NCBI GenBank assembly: GCA_963773065.1
Contig: CAVYZN010000003.1
Coordinates: 1-25,936 of the forward strand
Length of the DNA stretch: 25,936 nt
Source: an uncultured Gammaproteobacteria bacterium
GTDB lineage: Bacteria > Pseudomonadota > Gammaproteobacteria > UBA9214
Direction: 5' to 3'
Under the pieces are notes generated by a model. That model ran no database searches and was not told the DNA's origin. It was given only the letters and a program-made list of their open reading frames with translations. A program made the position numbers and the translations under genes. Shown here piece by piece: positions 20,581 to 25,936 of this stretch; within the stretch, counting starts at the first letter, position 1, and every line of letters begins with the position of its first letter.

Positions 20581-21717
20581 TTACGCGGCTGACTCTGCGG
20601 ACCTCCTTGGCGATGGCCCACATGAAGGCGAGCAGCTCGCGGGCGATGGCGGTACGGTGACGATGTTGGCGTGCTTGCCGCGAGCGATGAGCCGGCGGTA
20701 GCGTTTGCAGAGGCGCACCTGGGCTTTCCAGCCGATGTCCTGGATGGGCTTGGGGAGCTTGTCGATGCGCCGCTGGATGTGCGCGGAGATCTTGCGGGAT
20801 AGCGGTAGGCCCAGGCGCCTTCGATGAGGGCGCGTGCGCGCGTGGCTATTGCCGGTTTTGGTGATCCCGCCCTGCCGCCGCTTGCCCGCCGCTGGTGTAT
20901 TCGGAGGGCGTGAGCCCGACGAAGGCTGGCGAGCTGGCGCGGGTTGTCGAAGCGGGTGAGATCGCCGAGCTCGGCGACGACGGTGAGACGGCGACGATGC
21001 CACTGCACGCCGCGCAGCGCCTGGAGCGCCTCGACGACGGGGATAGAGCCGCCACGCGGGCGAGCTCCGCGAGCTCGGCCTCGAGGCGCTGCGAGGCGCT
21101 CGACGCTGCTCGTCGACGGCACGCAGCTATTCCTGGAAGACGATCTGCTGCGCCGGCGTGGGACAGACGACCTTGGCCGAGGTAGCGACGGTGGGCGCTC
21201 GTTCCAGTCGGCCTTGCCCGACGTAGTTGAAGCCGAGCCGAAGCAGGAAGGATTTCAGCCGGAGCTTCGCGGCCTTGAGGTCCTTGAGCGCGTCCTCGCG
21301 CGCGCGGGACAGAGTCGCGGATCGCTTCGTCCTCGACGGTACGGGACGTAGACGGCGGTGAGATCGCCGGAGCGCAAGAAGCCGCGCGAGCTCGACGGCG
21401 TCGCGCCGATCGGTCTTCACGCGGTCGCCGGGCTTCTTCGGGATCAGCGACGGCGCGACGACCCGGCAGTCGAGCCCCTTCCCGGTCAGATAGCGATAAA
21501 GCACGTAGCCGCAGGGGCCGGCCTCGTAGGCGAAGACCAGGCGGGCGGCCTTGGCCTGGAGCCGTCCGCACCAGCTTGTCGATGTCGCACTGGCGGGTGC
21601 CGATGGTGCCCGAAGTGAACACCGGCGGACTCCCGATCGTCCAGGGCATAGGCGACCGCTGATCGAATCTTTGTGCACATCGAGACCGACGAAGAGCGTG
21701 GAGCTAGACTGCTTCAT
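20581..21717 (-). CDS. IS110-family transposase/recombinase (many frameshifts; possibly a pseudogene)
   Basis: VGLDVHK, YEAGPCG, VKTDRRDA (DEDD); C-terminal ELGDLTRFDNPRQL, GLTPSEYTSG, GITKTGN, ALIEGAWAYR, KAQVRLCKRYRRL. Confidence 0.9.
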
Positions 21718-21872
21718 GGCTGACCTCCGAGCACATTAACCGATTGTGCCACGACCAGTCTGCGGCTCTGGCCTTCAAAGGCTAACCCGCGACAGAGACG
21801 GAGGTCAGCCTCCAACATTCAGGAAGTCATACTGTCTAGCTTCCCGGCTACTACAGACTTTGGGCAGATCGA

Positions 21873-22050
21873 ATCGGCGACGGACGGCTTACCTATGGTG
21901 CGGAGCAGATTGTCGAGCCGTACTACCGGGTGCAGATCGGGGATTTCCTGCAACTCAGTCCCGACCTCCAGCACATATGGAACCCTGGTTATAACCGAGA
22001 CCGTGGCCCGGCGACGGTGTACGCTTTCCGGGTGAACTTCCGCTACTTAA
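21873..22050 (+). pseudogene. 3' fragment of an OprB-family (carbohydrate/Mn-type) porin
   Basis: Not in the ORF track: IGDGRLTYGAEQIVEPYYRVQIGDFLQLSPDLQHIWNPGYNRDRGPATVYAFRVNFRY, a typical OprB C-terminus; no 5' part is present. Confidence 0.75.
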
Positions 22051-22075
22051 CCAAGGGACCTACGGAGGCAGTGCC

Positions 22076-24706
22076 ATGACTCAGGGCCTTCCTGGGATCT
22101 CCCATGCGAGCGCCGAGAACGAGCGCCGGCTGGTTGATCTGTGCACGGTTCCCGCAGCCAAGGCGCTAAACACTCTGGGCACGACTCCGCGTGGCCTGAG
22201 CGCCGAGGAAGCACAACGGCGGCTTGACCAGTATGGTCCGAACGAATTGGCTCGCAGCACCCACCTCGGGTTCTGGGCCGACATCTTCCACCGGTGTCGA
22301 AAGCCCCCTGGTCGTTCAACTGCTCATCATCGCGGCGGTCTCAGGGGTCATCGGGGAATTCAAATCCACCGCCATTGTCGGCGCCATGGTCGTGCTCAGC
22401 GTCGGGCTCTCCTACATCCTGGACAGCCGATCGGGCCGGGTGATTGAGTCTCTGGGCAAGCGGGTGGAATCGCGGACCTTGGTCCTAAGGGACGGACAGG
22501 AACGCGAGATCAAGATTTCGGAAGTCGTCCCCGGAGACATCGTCATTCTCCACGCCGGCTCCATCATCCCGGCAGACCTCCGGCTGCTCGCGGTGAAGGA
22601 TTTCTTTGTCAGCCAGTCGGCCCTGTCGGGTGAGTCCATGGCAGTCGAGAAGACGGCCGAGGTCACCGGCTCCCCGGGGCAGGTCGCGGGCCGAACTGCA
22701 CCAACGCCTGCTTCCTCGGGACCACCGTCACCAGCGGCACGGCGCGGGGCGTCGTGGTGAACACCGGAACCCGCACCCTGTTCGGGGCCATATCGCAAGC
22801 GTCTGGCCGAGCGCCGGGAGGAGACCAGTTTCGACCGGGGGGTGCGGTCGTTCACCTGGCTGATGATCCGGTTCATGGTGGTGATGGTCGCCGCGGTGTT
22901 CTTCATTGTCGGGATGACCAAGGGCAACTGGGTGGAAGCGCTCCTCTTCGGCCTGTCCATCGCCGTCGGCCTCACTCCCGAGATGCTGCCGATGATCGTC
23001 ACGGTGAACCTGGCCAAGGGCGCGCTGACCATGGCGAAGAAGAAGGTCATCGTCAAACGGCTCCCCTCGATCCAGAACCTGGGGCGCCATCGATATCCTC
23101 TGCACGGACAAGACTGGGACCCTGACCCAGGACGCGGTGGTGCTGGAACAACACGTCGACATCACCGGGAATGTGAGCCAGGATGTCCTCAACTACGCCT
23201 ACCTGAACAGCTACTACCAAACCGGCCTGCGTAACCTCATCGATCGGGCGGTGATTGCGCATGCCGACCTCGACGTGGAACAGAACTGCCGGCTGGTCGA
23301 CGAGCTGCCGTTCGATTTCCAGCGGCGCCGGATGTCGGTCGTGGTCGACTACGCGGGCAACCATGTGCTCATATGCAAGGGCGCGGTGGAGGAGATTTAC
23401 AGCTGCTGCACCCAGTATCAGGTGGGCGACGAGGTCTTCTCCCTGCTCGACATGATGCGCGCCGATCTGTTCGAGGAAGTCGAGCGCCTCAACAGCCAGG
23501 GCTTCCGCGTCCTCGGCATCGCCTATCGGGAATTCCCACGGGAGCGGACATCCTTCACGACCGCCGACGAAAGCCAACTGGTCCTGCTCGGGTATATCGC
23601 CTTCTTCGATCCGCCCAAGGACTCGGCCGGCATGGCGCTGAGTCTCCTCAAAGACGTCGGCGTCCGGGTGAAGGTGCTGACCGGCGACAATGGACTCGTC
23701 ACCAGAAAGGTGTGTCAGGATGTCGGGCTCCCCATGGAGCGGGTGGTCACCGGCGCCGAGCTGGCGCAGCTTACGGCGGAGGAGCTGACCCAGGTCACCC
23801 AGGATGTTGATGTTTACGTCAAGTTGTCGCCGATGCAGAAGGAACAGATCGTGCGGGCACTCCAGAAGAGCAATCACGTCGTGGGGTTCATGGGAGACGG
23901 CATCAACGACGCCCCCGCGCTCAAGACGGCCGACGTGGGCATCTCCGTGGATTCCGCGGTTGACGTTGCCAAGGAATTTGCGGACATCGTCCTGCTAGAG
24001 AAGAGCCTGCTGGTTTTGGAGGAGGGGATCGTCGAGGGCCGCAAAGTCTTTGCGAACATCACGAAGTATATACGCATGGGCGCCAGTTCCAACTTCGGCA
24101 ACATGTTCAGCGTCGTCGGCGCCAGCTACCTGCTGCCGTTCCTGCCTATGCAGCCGATCCAGATTCTGATGAACAACCTCCTCTACGACTTCTCCCAAAC
24201 CGGCATACCATCCGACCGCGTGGATGAGGAATTGATCACTCGTCCCCTCAGATGGAAAATTGACAACATCAAGCGCTTCATGGTCTTCATCGGCCCGATC
24301 AGCTCCATCTTTGACTACGCCACCTTCGGGCTGATGTGGTATTTCTTTCAGTGCCGCGTCTTTGGCGATCCCGGCACCGGTCCCGGACAGCAAGTACACC
24401 TCGCGAGCCTGTTTCAGACAGGGTGGTTCGTGGAATCGCTGTTGACCCAGACCCTGATCGTCCACATCATCAGAACCAGGCGCATCCCCTTCTTCGAAAG
24501 CCGGGCGTCTCTGGCAATGACGTTGACCACTCTGACCGTCATGGGCGTCGGTGCCTGGCTGCCCTACTCGCCGTTTGCCGGCGCGCTCGGCATGGTGGCG
24601 CTCCCTCCGGTCTACTGGGCCTGGATTGCGTCCTTTCCTCCTGGCCTATGCCACCATGACCCACGCGGTGAAAACCTGGTTCATGAAACGGTACGGAGCC
24701 GACTAG
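22076..24706 (+). CDS. mgtA: Magnesium-translocating P-type ATPase (several frameshifts)
   Basis: GGAGG RBS; [33 protein letters not shown] (23101-23127), [42 protein letters not shown]. True end ...[14 protein letters not shown] at 24704-24706. Confidence 0.92.
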
Positions 24707-24708
24707 CC

Positions 24709-25512
24709 ATGGACTCCCTGTTGGATGCGCTGCAGGAAGGCCGGTTGATCGAACTGCCCGAAAACAACCGGGATAACGCCTTGCAGCTTCTGGCCCATAT
24801 TATTGAGGCGATTCCTCGGTCCCCACCGGTACCGACGTGGTGGGGTTGGTCATGGAACGAGAAACACCAAACCAGCACCGCCCTCGGTAGAGGCTGGGCG
24901 TGTCCGCATGCACGGGTGTCCTTCGAGGCAGACCTGGTCTGCGCCATGGGATGGAGTCCAACCGGCATCGACTATGGTGCCCCGGATGGGATGCCCATGT
25001 CCATGATCGCCATGTTTCTGGTGCCTTCGAACCAGCGGAATTACTACCTCCGCGAAGTCTCCCTCCTAGCCAAGGCCCTGAGCGCCGATTCGGATCCCGA
25101 GAAGCTGCGCTCCGCCCGGGACCTGAACGATGTTCGCAACTACCTGCTCGACCTGATCGGCTCCACCAAGGACACCGTCGGTCCTGACGCGCGGGCCCGG
25201 ATGATCCAGCTTCAGGCCAAGGCGAGCGTGGAGGCATTGGTCGACCGCGACCTGTCGAATCTGATCGTGGAACCAGTCACCCTGGTGGCCGGCCCGGGGC
25301 TCAAGCCCGTGGTGCTCACGCAGAGTCCGGGCCTCGCACAAGTCCTGGATGACGCGGCCGGACTTATCGAGGGGCTGGAATTAGACGGAGTATTCCAGAA
25401 CGGCGGCTGGCGCCTCATGAAGCGAGGGGCGGTTGCCTATCAGGGCGGTCGGGTAGCGTATGACTGTTTGGCGATAAGACTTCCCGACCGGAACTTACTG
25501 GCACTCAAGTAA
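24709..25512 (+). CDS. PTS EIIA (Fru/Ntr-type) domain protein with a C-terminal extension
   Basis: ATG 2 nt after the mgtA stop; STALGRGWACPHAR (phospho-His motif), GIDYGAPDG; ~110-aa unknown C-terminal region. Confidence 0.8.
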   Translation: MDSLLDALQEGRLIELPENNRDNALQLLAHIIEAIPRSPPVPTWWGWSWNEKHQTSTALGRGWACPHARVSFEADLVCAMGWSPTGIDYGAPDGMPMSMIAMFLVPSNQRNYYLREVSLLAKALSADSDPEKLRSARDLNDVRNYLLDLIGSTKDTVGPDARARMIQLQAKASVEALVDRDLSNLIVEPVTLVAGPGLKPVVLTQSPGLAQVLDDAAGLIEGLELDGVFQNGGWRLMKRGAVAYQGGRVAYDCLAIRLPDRNLLALK

Positions 25513-25857
25513 TCCGACGCTTCTGAGGCTATGAGGCATTAGCGACGCATCGAGGTCGGGTTCCGTTCGGGGTGCGTTTTCCCCGGCAAACCCCGGCGTC
25601 TCTGCAAGAAGACTCCGGCACCGACGCTCGGAAGTCCTCAGATCCCGGCAAGTTGTCGTTTTCGCCAATCCCGCTGAGTCGAATAGAATGCGGACTGGCA
25701 ATGTCCCGCCTGTTTGGTCCAACAGACATTTATCCGTCAGTGATGCTGCACACAACGGATAAATGCTTATATGTTATGTTGCGACGAAACGTTCCGGTGA
25801 CGCTATGATCTCTGTGTTATTGTTTGACTGTTAGGCCCAGTTAGCTGGTTGAAACCA

Positions 25858-25933
25858 AAGGTCTACTTTACGCTGCTTTCCTGCCGTTCCGGCATTTAGT
25901 TCGAAGGACTACAACGGGTCGGCTCCCGCCAAT
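25858..25933 (+). repeat. Pair of ~30-bp imperfect palindromes (copies E, F)
   Basis: 25858 aaggtc-tacttt-acgctg-ctttcct-gccgtt; 25904 aaggac-tacaac-gggtcg-gctccc-gccaat. Confidence 0.5.
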
Positions 25934-25936
25934 TAG

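Larger units (their letters stand above)
20300..21836 (-). mobile_element. IS110-family insertion sequence with IS1111-like layout (sub-terminal IRs, long 3' non-coding end)
   Basis: DEDD transposase; imperfect sub-terminal IRs tatgaatcactg (20302-20313) and cagGAAGTCATA (21820-21831), 9/12 match; no target duplication seen; removal restores the flanking stop codon. Ends are approximate to a few bp. Confidence 0.75.

Noticed and set aside
20471-21839. CTAG target-site duplication defining the IS ends
   Set aside because: IS110 elements normally make no TSD; the sub-terminal IRs and stop-codon restoration place the end near 20300, so the left ctag is internal.
23137-25512. Apparent 791-aa MgtA-PTS EIIA fusion protein
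   Set aside because: A frameshift near 24635 hides the real MgtA end ([26 protein letters not shown], 24706); EIIA has its own ATG at 24709. Most likely a sequencing artefact.
1-25512. Widespread pseudogenisation or programmed frameshifting
   Set aside because: Indels hit most long genes regardless of function, often at short homopolymers, while the motifs stay intact; this pattern fits long-read error.

Overview
High-GC proteobacterial, probably gammaproteobacterial, genomic window. A sulfur-globule protein gene suggests a sulfur oxidiser. Many long genes carry single-base frameshifts, most likely uncorrected long-read indels, so CDS calls are stitched across ORF fragments. Left to right: (1) 1-6.8 kb, a cell-envelope redox cluster: a divergent secreted protein, an HzsA/TolB-like lipoprotein with two CxxCH motifs, an SH3+beta-barrel protein, a second beta-barrel, TlpA, DUF4266 and DUF3570; (2) a sulfur globule protein gene with a perfect FNR-type box upstream; (3) a minus-strand operon of a membrane pentaheme cytochrome-TPR protein, a CRTAC1/ASPIC-UnbV protein and a TPR protein; (4) LexA-boxed dinB followed by an unusually small SRAP-like gene; (5) a lower-GC accessory patch (16.3-20.3 kb) with a canonical SRAP gene, a deleted P2-type gpA remnant that keeps its ori-like sequence, small hypothetical genes and several dispersed ~30-bp imperfect palindromes; (6) an IS110/IS1111-type element with a long structured 3' non-coding end (bridge-RNA candidate); (7) an OprB-type porin fragment, mgtA and a PTS EIIA-domain gene, followed by two more ~30-bp palindromes.
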